A stretch of DNA of 64,000 nucleotides. Source: Sphingobacteriales bacterium (lineage in GTDB: Bacteria > Bacteroidota > Bacteroidia > Chitinophagales > JADIYW01). Below the pieces are notes generated by a model. It worked only from the letters and a program-made list of their open reading frames with translations, did not search any database and was not told the DNA's origin. The position numbers were made by a program, and so were the translations under genes. Positions within the stretch are counted from its first letter, which is position 1. Each line of letters starts with the position of its first letter. The stretch spans positions 1,358,185 through 1,422,184 of the forward strand of contig CP064984.1 in NCBI GenBank assembly GCA_016699615.1. The letters are read 5' to 3'. Below are positions 1-8,910 of this stretch, one piece after another.

Positions 1-1052
1 GCTCTTTGTCTGGCATGTTTTCCCATTTCGATTTTTGTAGTATTATCCAATAAAATATATTTTTCCATTGCCTTGTATAATGATGTTGTATCGGCAACAT
101 CAGCAAATAAAGCACATTGCTCGTCTACAGCATCTTTGCATCCAGCAACATTTGTAGCTATACATGGTTTTTGCATAGCCATAGCTTCTAGCAAAACTCT
201 TGGCAAACCTTCTCTGTATGATGGCAATACAACACAATCTGAAGCACAAATAATATTTCTTGTATCTTTTACATAGCCTTGATATATTATTTTGTCTGTT
301 ATCAATGTACTTGTTAGTTTTTCTTTTTGAATGCCACTCGGATTGTTTTCATCAAAATCTCCTACGATTGTAAATGTTGTATTGTTGTACTTTTTAATTA
401 TTTTTTGTGCTGCGCCAATGTATTCATATATTCCTTTGTCTTTCAATAATCTACCTATAAACAAAAACCGAACCAAACTATTTTCAAGCGCATTTTGTTT
501 GCAAAAATTTGGATGAAAATAGTCTACATCGATTCCTGATCCATTAATAATTTTAGTTTTACTATTGTTTACTAATTTTTTTTTGGCGAACAAATTTGCA
601 TCTTCTTGATTTTGGAAAAACACCAAATTTGAGCGTAGAAATGCTATTTTATATAATAGTTTAGATATGCTAGATGCTATACTTTTGTTTAAAAATGTAT
701 AGCCTAAACCAGTTACGGTACATATTGTTTTTGTTTTGCCAAATAGTGTAGCTAAGCTTCCGTAAATGTTTGGCTTAATTGTGTACTGAAGTGCAACATC
801 AATTTTTTCTTGCTTATATATTTTTCTTAGTTCTAACAGAAGTTGTAAATCTTGTATTGGATTGGTTCCTTTCCTTGTTAGTTTTTTGATTGGAATAAAT
901 TTGAAACCATTTTATACAATAGTTTTAGCGTAATCATCTTGTGGTGCAATGGCAATGACATTGATATTGTTTTCTTTCAGAAAATGCATCAAAGGCAATC
1001 TGAAATTAACAATGTTAAAAGATGTATTGGCAACTATTGCTATATTATGCAT
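1..1052 (-). pseudogene. Glycosyltransferase family 4 (GT-B fold); C-terminus lies beyond the window edge; in-frame TAA at 912-914
   Basis: Own translation of the minus strand from ATG at 1052: MHNIAIVANTSFNIVNFRLPLMHFLKENNINVIAIAPQDDYAKTIV*NGFKFIPIKKLTRKGTNPIQDL...SYREGLPRVLLEAMAMQKPCIATNVAGCKD (E-x7-E motif). The same frame stays open to base 1. It is absent from the ORF track because of the stop and the window edge. Confidence 0.75.
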
Positions 1053-3682
1053 TAAAACCCTATTGAATTTCTTAAATTTTCTTTATATGCAAGATGTTGT
1101 ACGTCGTCAATAGTTATGGTATGTATTGCTTGTTGTGTTCTACTGTTTTTATCTAAGGTTGCCATTCTTATATTTTGTTTTTTGATAACATCTTCAGTGG
1201 TTTGTCTTACTGTTCTTGCATTTCCAAAAAACTTGTCTTTATTTTTATACAAAAGTGCAAAATATTGTTGGATATGTTGTTTTGCAATTTCATCTACTTC
1301 TAAATCATCTTTTTTAAATAATGATTCTGCAATTTGCCACAATTCTTCTGGTGTATAGTCATCAAAATGTATTTTTTTGTCGAATCTTGAGTTTAATCCA
1401 GGATTTGATAGTAGAAATTCGTTCATATTGTCTGGATAGCCAGCTGCCAATACTACGAATTTTCCTCTATTATCTTCCATTCTTTTTAAAATTATTTCTA
1501 TTGCCTCAGAGCCAAAATCGTTGCCTGATGATGCATTTTTGGTTAATGCATAAGCTTCATCAATAAATAAAACGCCACCCATTGCTTCTTCAATTTTTGA
1601 GCCTGTTTTTATTGCTGTTTGTCCAATAAATCCAGCAACTAATTGTTCTCTGTCTACTTCTACTACATGGCCACGTTCTAAAATTCCTAGTGATTTGAAT
1701 ATTTTACCTAAAATTCTGGCTACAGTTGTTTTTCCTGTGCCTGGATTTCCAGTAAAAACAGTGTGTAATGAAAATTTATTGAGTACATCTTTTCCAATTT
1801 CATTGTAGTACATTATTAATTTTACAAGCTCATCTATTTCTTTTTTCACAGTATTCATTCCTATTAGTTGGTGTAATTCTGTGAGTGCATCTTGCAATTC
1901 TACAATATCAACTTCTAGTACTAACTTCTTATGCTCTTCTTGTTCTGTTATTTTTTTTACATCTTCTAAAATTATGGTAGAAAGTTCTTCTTTAGAATAT
2001 TGCTTAGATGCATCTTTCATTAGTCTAATACCTAATTCCATTTTGGCTGAGCCAACTACGCCTTCTACAAACCTAGCATTACCAAAGTTTTTATCTCTTT
2101 TTCTATATGCTTCTGTTAGATATTCTTTTAGTTCTACTTGAGCTTCTTTACTAAAAGTAAGTTTTGATTTTTCAGCAATTTTTATGGCAATTTGAAATAG
2201 TTCTTCTGGCAAATAGTCTTGAAAATTGAAGTATTGTCCAAATCTTGATTTTAAACCTGGATTTGATTGTAAAAACACTTCCATTTCTTTTGGATATCCT
2301 GCGCAGAAAATGGCAATATCGCCTGTGCCTTCGCTCATTTCTTTAATAAGTATTTCAATAACTTCTTTGCCATAGTCTTTACTGTCTTCTCCACTTCTTG
2401 CTAAAGCATAAGCTTCATCAATAAATAGAATTCCACCTTTAGATTTCTCAATTACTTTTTGTGTTTTTGGTGCTGTTTGTCCAATAAATTCTGCTACTAA
2501 ATCAACTCTATTAACTTCGTTTAGATGTCCTAAACTTAATAAATCTAATTTGTGATATATTTTTCCAAGCAAGCGCATAACTGTGGTTTTTCCCGTGCCT
2601 GGATTTCCATACGCAACAGCATGTAGTTTTATATTTGCATCATCATCAATTCCTTGTTGTTTTCTTAAGTTTGCAAATTTTAGATAAGTAATTTGTTCGT
2701 TGATGGTGTTTTTTACATTCTCTAATCCTACAAGTTCGTTTAGTTCTACAAGTAGTTCATCTAATGTTTTATCTGTATCTAAATTATCACTAGCATTTGA
2801 TTTTTGAGCAGAAACTATATTTTCTATTTTTTTGGTTAATGGTGTTTCGCCTTCTACATCTTCTTTGCCACATTCAAAAGCAGCCAAGGCAACAGAACAA
2901 TCCATAAATACAACATCTAATATATATTTATCATCTTTCCATCCACCAGGCACATCACTTCCCCAGCCAACATCAAAAGTATAAGTCCAATCTTTTTTAG
3001 ATGCTTCTATCTTACCTATTCTAAATGTCTGAGCTTTGTGCTGCCAAGCATCATCATAGTAATTGAAAAATATTTCATAATCCCAAGGTTTGTTTGTAAG
3101 ATTTGTGAGCTTCATTTCTAGCCAAACATACTGTGTTGCTGCAGAATTGAATTTCTTCAAATATTTTCTTTCAGATTCTGGAATTATGTTTGCATTACCA
3201 TCACCAGAAAATAACTTAATGTACTCTACTCTAAAATAAGGATTGTTATTATTTGTAACTAGTCCAATGTCGTTAATGATAAATTCTTTTTCTCCAATAA
3301 ATTCTCCATCCAAATAGGCTTTCCAAAGGTAGGTGCCTGCTTTCCAGAAAGTTCCTTTTGTAGGAACGCCCCATCCATCTCTGTAGTAGATAATATTATC
3401 TTCTTTAGATACTTCTAAATTTGCATCTAAATTACAGATTGCCTTTTCTAAGTCGTTTTTATTAAACGCTTTAATTTCTATTTTACAACTCCAATCTTCT
3501 TCATCAAATAATTTATTATAAATTGCAACTTCAGCATTTAGATAATCAACTTCAGCAACATCATATACTGTTCTGTACTTTTTGGTACTATTTGCCATCC
3601 ATTCAGTAGAACCATATACATTGATATGTTTTAGTTTAAATTTATTGTTTGCTTCTGAATTGTTTTTTTGAGAAAAAAACAT
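1052..3682 (-). CDS. Tandem AAA+ ATPase (CbbX/SpoVK/EccA-like subfamily) with a duplicated N-terminal domain of unknown function
   Basis: 876-aa ORF with two ATPase modules, each carrying Walker A GNPGTGKTT and Walker B (I/V)LFIDEAYAL. The N-terminal ~285 aa form two related ~130-aa repeats. The stop overlaps the downstream GT4 start (TAATG). Confidence 0.85.
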   Translation of the reverse strand: MFFSQKNNSEANNKFKLKHINVYGSTEWMANSTKKYRTVYDVAEVDYLNAEVAIYNKLFDEEDWSCKIEIKAFNKNDLEKAICNLDANLEVSKEDNIIYYRDGWGVPTKGTFWKAGTYLWKAYLDGEFIGEKEFIINDIGLVTNNNNPYFRVEYIKLFSGDGNANIIPESERKYLKKFNSAATQYVWLEMKLTNLTNKPWDYEIFFNYYDDAWQHKAQTFRIGKIEASKKDWTYTFDVGWGSDVPGGWKDDKYILDVVFMDCSVALAAFECGKEDVEGETPLTKKIENIVSAQKSNASDNLDTDKTLDELLVELNELVGLENVKNTINEQITYLKFANLRKQQGIDDDANIKLHAVAYGNPGTGKTTVMRLLGKIYHKLDLLSLGHLNEVNRVDLVAEFIGQTAPKTQKVIEKSKGGILFIDEAYALARSGEDSKDYGKEVIEILIKEMSEGTGDIAIFCAGYPKEMEVFLQSNPGLKSRFGQYFNFQDYLPEELFQIAIKIAEKSKLTFSKEAQVELKEYLTEAYRKRDKNFGNARFVEGVVGSAKMELGIRLMKDASKQYSKEELSTIILEDVKKITEQEEHKKLVLEVDIVELQDALTELHQLIGMNTVKKEIDELVKLIMYYNEIGKDVLNKFSLHTVFTGNPGTGKTTVARILGKIFKSLGILERGHVVEVDREQLVAGFIGQTAIKTGSKIEEAMGGVLFIDEAYALTKNASSGNDFGSEAIEIILKRMEDNRGKFVVLAAGYPDNMNEFLLSNPGLNSRFDKKIHFDDYTPEELWQIAESLFKKDDLEVDEIAKQHIQQYFALLYKNKDKFFGNARTVRQTTEDVIKKQNIRMATLDKNSRTQQAIHTITIDDVQHLAYKENLRNSIGF

Positions 3683-3745
3683 GTGTTGTAAATTTTTTAT
3701 CTAAAAATAATACTTTAATCTTAAAACGAATACACTATACCTAAC

Positions 3746-3753
3746 TATATTTG
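3746..3753 (+). promoter_or_regulatory. Candidate Bacteroidota -7 promoter box (TAnnTTTG)
   Basis: TATATTTG lies 3 nt upstream of the thiL ATG, which implies a leaderless or near-leaderless mRNA. The motif can occur by chance in AT-rich DNA. Confidence 0.3.
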
Positions 3754-3756
3754 TAT

Positions 3757-4785
3757 ATGGAAAAAAGAACAGAAATAGGCAAAATAGGTGAGTTTGGGTT
3801 AATTGATAGACTTACAAAGGATATAGTACTTAAACAAACATCAAGCATAAAAGGCATTGGCGATGATGCTGCTGTTTTGGAATATCAGAAAGCGCAAGTA
3901 GTTACAACAGATTTATTGGTAGAAGATATTCACTTTGACTTAGTGTACACACCATTGAAACACTTGGGATATAAAGCAGTAGTGGTTAATCTATCTGATG
4001 TTTATGCAATGAATGCAATTCCAAAGCAAATACTGGTAAGTTTTGCAATTTCTAATCGATTTTCTGTAGAAGCAGTAGAAGAAATCTATGAAGGCATAAA
4101 ATTAGCATGCGAGCGTTATCAGGTAGATATTATTGGTGGCGATACAACGGCATCATCAAAAGGAATGATTATTTCTATAACAGCAATAGGCGAACAAAGT
4201 GCAGAAAAGATTGTATACAGAAATACAGCAAAAGAAGGTGATTTGTTGTGTGTTTCAGGCGATTTAGGTGCAGCATATATTGGCTTAAAAATGTTGCAAA
4301 GAGAGAAACAGGTATTCTTAAATGCACCCGATGCAAATATAGAATTGGATAAGCATACTTATATTGTAGAAAGACAATTGAAACCAGAAGCTCGTAAAGA
4401 TATAATTGCATTTTTTGAACAAGAAAATATTGTGCCTACAAGTATGATAGATATTTCTGATGGCTTAAGTTCAGAGCTTTTACATATTTGTAAACAAAGC
4501 GATGTTGGTTGTCTATTGGAAGAAGCTAATATTCCAATAGCAAATGAAACGTATGATACTGCTTTAGATTTTAGTATTGATCCAATTACTTGTGCATTAA
4601 GTGGAGGCGAAGATTATGAGCTATTATTTACTATTGATTCAAAAGATAAATCTAAACTAGACAAACACCACGATATTGCTATCATAGGAGAAATTTTAGA
4701 TGCCAACTTAGGTATAAAATTGCATACCAAAGGCGACAACTATCATGATTTAATTGCGCTTGGCTGGGATGGTTTAAAATCTTAG
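3757..4785 (+). CDS. thiL: Thiamine-monophosphate kinase
   Basis: ORF 3751-4785, first ATG at 3757. AIR-synthase-related motifs: IGDDAAV, TTDLLVEDIHF, IIGGDTT. Confidence 0.85.
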   Translation: MEKRTEIGKIGEFGLIDRLTKDIVLKQTSSIKGIGDDAAVLEYQKAQVVTTDLLVEDIHFDLVYTPLKHLGYKAVVVNLSDVYAMNAIPKQILVSFAISNRFSVEAVEEIYEGIKLACERYQVDIIGGDTTASSKGMIISITAIGEQSAEKIVYRNTAKEGDLLCVSGDLGAAYIGLKMLQREKQVFLNAPDANIELDKHTYIVERQLKPEARKDIIAFFEQENIVPTSMIDISDGLSSELLHICKQSDVGCLLEEANIPIANETYDTALDFSIDPITCALSGGEDYELLFTIDSKDKSKLDKHHDIAIIGEILDANLGIKLHTKGDNYHDLIALGWDGLKS

Positions 4786-7373
4786 TCGTACAAGCTTTCT
4801 TGAATTATTAAAGACAAGTTTTTTCTGTGTGCTTTAGTTAAACTGTTTCCACTGCTTATTGTATCACACCATTGTTTAATTCTTTCCACTTGTGCCAAAG
4901 CAGCAGCTTTTATACTATAAGCTTGCCCAGATTTATTTTCAACGATATTCAATAAGCGCTCAACATATTCTCCTTGTATGTTTTGTCTTAGAGAATTTGT
5001 ATTACTATATAAGTCATCTTTAAATATTGCATCAGTTAAATCTTTAAGCATTGTATTAATATCATACTTATTGCCATAAAGTTTTGTATCTACAATTCTT
5101 TTCAATACATCTTTGTGTAATACTTGGTCAAGAACAGATTTTTGGATGTTTAAAATTCTATCATGAATTTTTGGATCTTCATTACCTTCTCTGTTGTATC
5201 CTCTTCTTTGAATTTGTAAATAATTATATATATTTGAATCGAAATTTAAAGCATCTGGTGCAAAACAATATTTACTTAAAACGCTCATTGCTTTTTTCTG
5301 AGTTTGTAAATCAACTGGCGTGTATGGCTTATTCTCAGTTTCTTGGTTATTAAAAGATCTATCCATATAAACACCACCAATGTATTTGCTAACGATAGAA
5401 AGATTTCTTCCAATATTATTAGTAATTACAATATATGCATTTCTAACTGCATGATAAGATTGCTCCTCATCAGAATAAATATCTAATAATTTACTGATGG
5501 TATTTTTTAGCATAATAGTGTTTTCTGTAGCATAGCCTATTGGGTCACTGCTCATATCATTTAGCATTACTCTTGGATCCATTCCTTTTCCTGGTGCTCT
5601 CATGTCATCACCATCATTAAAAAATCTGTTTTCTTTCTTTGTAGATTGAGCAAGAATTTCTTCTAATCCTTTTTCTTCTTCTTCTTTGTTATTATAAGTT
5701 GAGTAGCCATATTTTATTGCCCATTCATCATATAGTCCAGGTTTAATATCAAAATATAATCCTTGTTTGTTTTTATCTGGAGAAATATTTGGGATAGTAT
5801 AGTCCATCACAGAAGCAGTAAGTCCTATTGTAGAACCTAAAACAACATCTTGCATTTCTTGCTTATTATGCAATGTGCTTGCAATAAAATTATGGTTTAA
5901 GCCCATAGTATGTCCAAGCTCATGTAAAACTAAATCATACAATGCTTGTTTCAAAAATTCTCTTTGTTCAAAATCAGAGAAATCATTTGCTTTCAATAGG
6001 TTTATTCCTGCTTGAACATTATTATGCATTTGATTTCCAAAGCTACATCCAAAAGGATTTTCATGTTGTGCATCATTATCTAAGCTTGAAAAATCAAATA
6101 ATTTTTCATAAATCACTCTATTGGTTAGATAAATATATTCCAACATAATATCAGCACCTAATATTTGTCCAGTTCTTGGATTTACAAAATGTGGTCCATA
6201 ACCACCAAAAGGTGGACGTGGTGATGATGTCCATCTCAAAACATTATATCTTATATCTTCGGCATCCCAAGTAGCAGAATCTGGTTGTACATATACTTCT
6301 ATTGCATTCTTGAATCCAGCTTTTTCAAAAGCAATATTCCATGTTAAAGCTGCATTTTTTATTGATTCTCTAAATTCAACAGGTGTTGTATTTTCTATCC
6401 ACCAAACAATTGGAACAATCGGCTCAGAAATAACCTCGTTTGGATTCTTTTTTTGTAAATCCCAACGATGAATAATATCTCTAAATGGTGTTGGTGATGT
6501 TGATGTTTGGTCGTCTACCTTATTCATAAAATAACCTACACGTGGGTCATCGTTTCTTGGTTGATAATTATTGATTGGTACTTCAATAAAGCTATGTTGA
6601 ATATCAATAGAAACAAAACGAGCATCTGTAACTTCTGTGCCACCACTGTTTATAGGAGAAGGATTGTCAAATACGTAAGAAACAGCTACATCAGTATTGC
6701 TTGGATAGTTCTTTATTTTAATATATTTTGTTTTTGATTTGCTTAATGAGCCTAAAGAAAAATCATCAGGTTTTGAATTTGGCGATTTAGAAGGTTTTAT
6801 TTGTTTAATGGTTTCTGCAAAAAATAAGTTGTCTGCATCTATTAAGAACGCATCTTCATCTTTTGCTATTATTTTTTCAGATAAGAATAGTGGTCTATTA
6901 ATATTTGAATTTTGAGATTTACTTAATGAATTATTTGGATCAAAATAATAGTTAGTATTTTCTAAATAGAAATCAAGTCTATCAAAATATTTTTCTATTT
7001 TAAATATTTCATTTTCACGATAACCACCTTTTGCATAGCCAGCATCTATTATTCCATTCATATCATGTGCGAAGTAAATGAATTCTTTAGAGAGTTTATC
7101 TTTTGTTACTTCTAGGTACAGTTTTCCATTTGTGCTATCTTGATAAAGGTTGAATAAACCACTTATTTTATTACATTTTTTGGTATAATCTTTTATAGAT
7201 TTTATCTCGTCTTTCTTTTCAGATTTTGTAGCAGTACTATCCTTTTTTACAACAACAGTATCTTTCATAATTTGTACAGAAAGTGTATCTGATTTCTTAT
7301 TCTTTTTTTTGTCTTTAGCACTTATTGTAAATAAATTAAATGCAACAATTAATGCGATGATTAGTATTCTCAT
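4782..7373 (-). CDS. Secreted zinc-dependent metalloprotease (DUF5117/DUF4953-type)
   Basis: 863-aa ORF with an N-terminal signal peptide (MRILIIALIVAFNLFTISA) and the HExxH zinc site VLHELGHTMGLNHNF. Confidence 0.85.
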   Translation of the reverse strand: MRILIIALIVAFNLFTISAKDKKKNKKSDTLSVQIMKDTVVVKKDSTATKSEKKDEIKSIKDYTKKCNKISGLFNLYQDSTNGKLYLEVTKDKLSKEFIYFAHDMNGIIDAGYAKGGYRENEIFKIEKYFDRLDFYLENTNYYFDPNNSLSKSQNSNINRPLFLSEKIIAKDEDAFLIDADNLFFAETIKQIKPSKSPNSKPDDFSLGSLSKSKTKYIKIKNYPSNTDVAVSYVFDNPSPINSGGTEVTDARFVSIDIQHSFIEVPINNYQPRNDDPRVGYFMNKVDDQTSTSPTPFRDIIHRWDLQKKNPNEVISEPIVPIVWWIENTTPVEFRESIKNAALTWNIAFEKAGFKNAIEVYVQPDSATWDAEDIRYNVLRWTSSPRPPFGGYGPHFVNPRTGQILGADIMLEYIYLTNRVIYEKLFDFSSLDNDAQHENPFGCSFGNQMHNNVQAGINLLKANDFSDFEQREFLKQALYDLVLHELGHTMGLNHNFIASTLHNKQEMQDVVLGSTIGLTASVMDYTIPNISPDKNKQGLYFDIKPGLYDEWAIKYGYSTYNNKEEEEKGLEEILAQSTKKENRFFNDGDDMRAPGKGMDPRVMLNDMSSDPIGYATENTIMLKNTISKLLDIYSDEEQSYHAVRNAYIVITNNIGRNLSIVSKYIGGVYMDRSFNNQETENKPYTPVDLQTQKKAMSVLSKYCFAPDALNFDSNIYNYLQIQRRGYNREGNEDPKIHDRILNIQKSVLDQVLHKDVLKRIVDTKLYGNKYDINTMLKDLTDAIFKDDLYSNTNSLRQNIQGEYVERLLNIVENKSGQAYSIKAAALAQVERIKQWCDTISSGNSLTKAHRKNLSLIIQESLYD

Positions 7374-7422
7374 ATTTTATATACTATTTTTTGGGTACAA
7401 ATATAGCCATTTTAGTTGAACT

Positions 7423-7467
7423 TATAAAGGGAAAAGGCTTTGCGAATGCAAAGCATTTTCCCTTATA
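7423..7467 (-). terminator. Rho-independent terminator downstream of the Cys-rich lipoprotein gene
   Basis: Imperfect ~20-bp inverted repeat TATAAAGGGAAAAGGCTTTGC / GCAAAGCATTTTCCCTTATA. On the minus strand the GC-containing stem is followed by TTTATAAGTT. Confidence 0.6.
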
Positions 7468-7489
7468 AATATAAAAATGTAATAAAATA

Positions 7490-7827
7490 TTATTTTGCAT
7501 CACACTTTTCGCAGCACTTATCGTCTGGTGTGCATTTACCTTCGCATTTGTCACAACAAGGTTCGGTAGCATCTGCACAACAAGTTTTTTATGACATGAA
7601 GCAGAAGTAGAATCTGTATCAGATTTTTTACAACAAGCTTTCTGGTCTTCTAAGTTACATTTGTCACAACATTTATTATCTGCAGTGCACGTACCTTCAC
7701 ACTTATCACAACAAGGTTTTGCTGTACATTCTTTTTTACCTTTACAACATTCTTTTTTTTGTTTGCATGCTCGTAAGCCAAATACAACAAATATTGTCAA
7801 AAGAAGTATTCCTATTGTTTTTTTCAT
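7490..7827 (-). pseudogene. Small Cys-rich (metallothionein-like) lipoprotein, frameshifted in an A6 tract (or homopolymer sequencing error)
   Basis: The listed ORF 7384-7872 contains MKKTIGILLLTIFVVFGLRAC (signal peptide plus lipobox Cys), then KQKKECCKGKKECTAKPCCDKCEGTCTADNKCCDKCNLEDQKACCKKSDTDSTSASCHKK. After the run at 7585-7590 the Cys-rich sequence continues in another frame, TCCADATEPCCDKCEGKCTPDDKCCEKCDAK*, with its stop at 7490-7492. Confidence 0.7.
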
Positions 7828-7859
7828 GATATTATTTTTTTTAATTATGAAATATATTA

Positions 7860-7867
7860 CAAATATA
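7860..7867 (-). promoter_or_regulatory. Candidate -7 promoter box (TAnnTTTG)
   Basis: TATATTTG on the minus strand, about 30 nt upstream of the Cys-rich gene ATG (7827). Confidence 0.35.
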
Positions 7868-7984
7868 GACAAATATTACTCATTATTCAATGTTATTTAT
7901 TGAGAATTAAAATATGAGATATATCCTAAATTCAGACTTTGTATTAAATATCAGTAGATTATTATAAAATAGATTTAAAAATAT

Positions 7985-7992
7985 TAACTTTG
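7985..7992 (+). promoter_or_regulatory. Candidate -7 promoter box (TAnnTTTG)
   Basis: TAACTTTG ends 4 nt before the ATG at 7997, so the predicted transcript is essentially leaderless. Confidence 0.4.
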
Positions 7993-7996
7993 GATA

Positions 7997-8821
7997 ATGA
8001 GTTGGCTAAGCAGCATTAAAGAAAAAATAGATAGTAATAAAAACTCTAACAAAGACTTTTTATCAAAATTTCCAAACAAGGTAGGCACATATGGTTATGA
8101 TGCTTGGGGATTTAATTTAAAAGGAATAAAACCATTTGTCGAAGCAGGTAGATTTATATATGAGAATTATTTTAGAGTAGAAACCTATGGATTAGAAAAT
8201 ATACCAAAAGATGGAAGTGTACTTATTATTGGAAATCATAGCGGACAACTTCCAATAGATGCAGTACTCTTAGGTTATTCTCTAATAACCAACAAATATG
8301 CACCAAGAGTACCTAAAGGTATGTATGAAAGATTTGTACCACAAGTTCCATTTATTGGTATGCTTTTTAGCCAATGGGGTGGCACCTTAGGCGATCCAGA
8401 AAACTGTGATAAGATGTTAAGCAATGGAGAAGCTGTGATTGTATTTCCAGAAGGAGCGAGAGGAATTTCTAAACCAACAAGTAAAAAATATCAATTGCAA
8501 AAGTTTGGCAATGGATATATACACATGGCTGTAAAAAACAAAACACCTATAATTCCTGTTGGAATCGTAGGTTGCGAAGAAATACTAATAAATTTTGGAA
8601 ACATAGATTTATTTCAAAAATTATTTAAGTTTCCAGCATTCCCATCTTTGTTGCCAGTAGTATTTCCATCTAAAGTTATTATGCATTTTGGTAAACCAAT
8701 CTATTTTGATGGTGATATTGGAAAAGAACACATCATGGAAGATATGAACCAACAAGTAAAAAACGAAATAAAAAAGCTAATAGATCAAGGGCTACAAAAA
8801 AGAAAAGGAGTTTTCTCTTAA
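7997..8821 (+). CDS. Lysophospholipid (1-acyl-glycerol-3-phosphate-type) acyltransferase
   Basis: 274-aa ORF with acyltransferase motifs IGNHSGQLPIDAV (HX4D) and VIVFPEGARG. Confidence 0.75.
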   Translation: MSWLSSIKEKIDSNKNSNKDFLSKFPNKVGTYGYDAWGFNLKGIKPFVEAGRFIYENYFRVETYGLENIPKDGSVLIIGNHSGQLPIDAVLLGYSLITNKYAPRVPKGMYERFVPQVPFIGMLFSQWGGTLGDPENCDKMLSNGEAVIVFPEGARGISKPTSKKYQLQKFGNGYIHMAVKNKTPIIPVGIVGCEEILINFGNIDLFQKLFKFPAFPSLLPVVFPSKVIMHFGKPIYFDGDIGKEHIMEDMNQQVKNEIKKLIDQGLQKRKGVFS

Positions 8822-8910
8822 AATGTTTTTAGAATAAAAACAAGGCACTATTTTTTATTATTTTGTAATAATGCATATATTTATGCTTGACTAATAAATA
8901 ATAGAAAGGT

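Noticed and set aside
7384-7489. The 3' part of the listed 162-aa ORF (…LVVQMLPNLVVTNAKVNAHQTISAAKSVMQNNILLHFYIYKGKCFAFAKPFPFISSTKMAIFVPKK).
   Set aside because: It is out-of-frame read-through after the A6 tract. It runs through the terminator hairpin and has no resemblance to the Cys-rich modules, which continue in another frame and stop at 7490.
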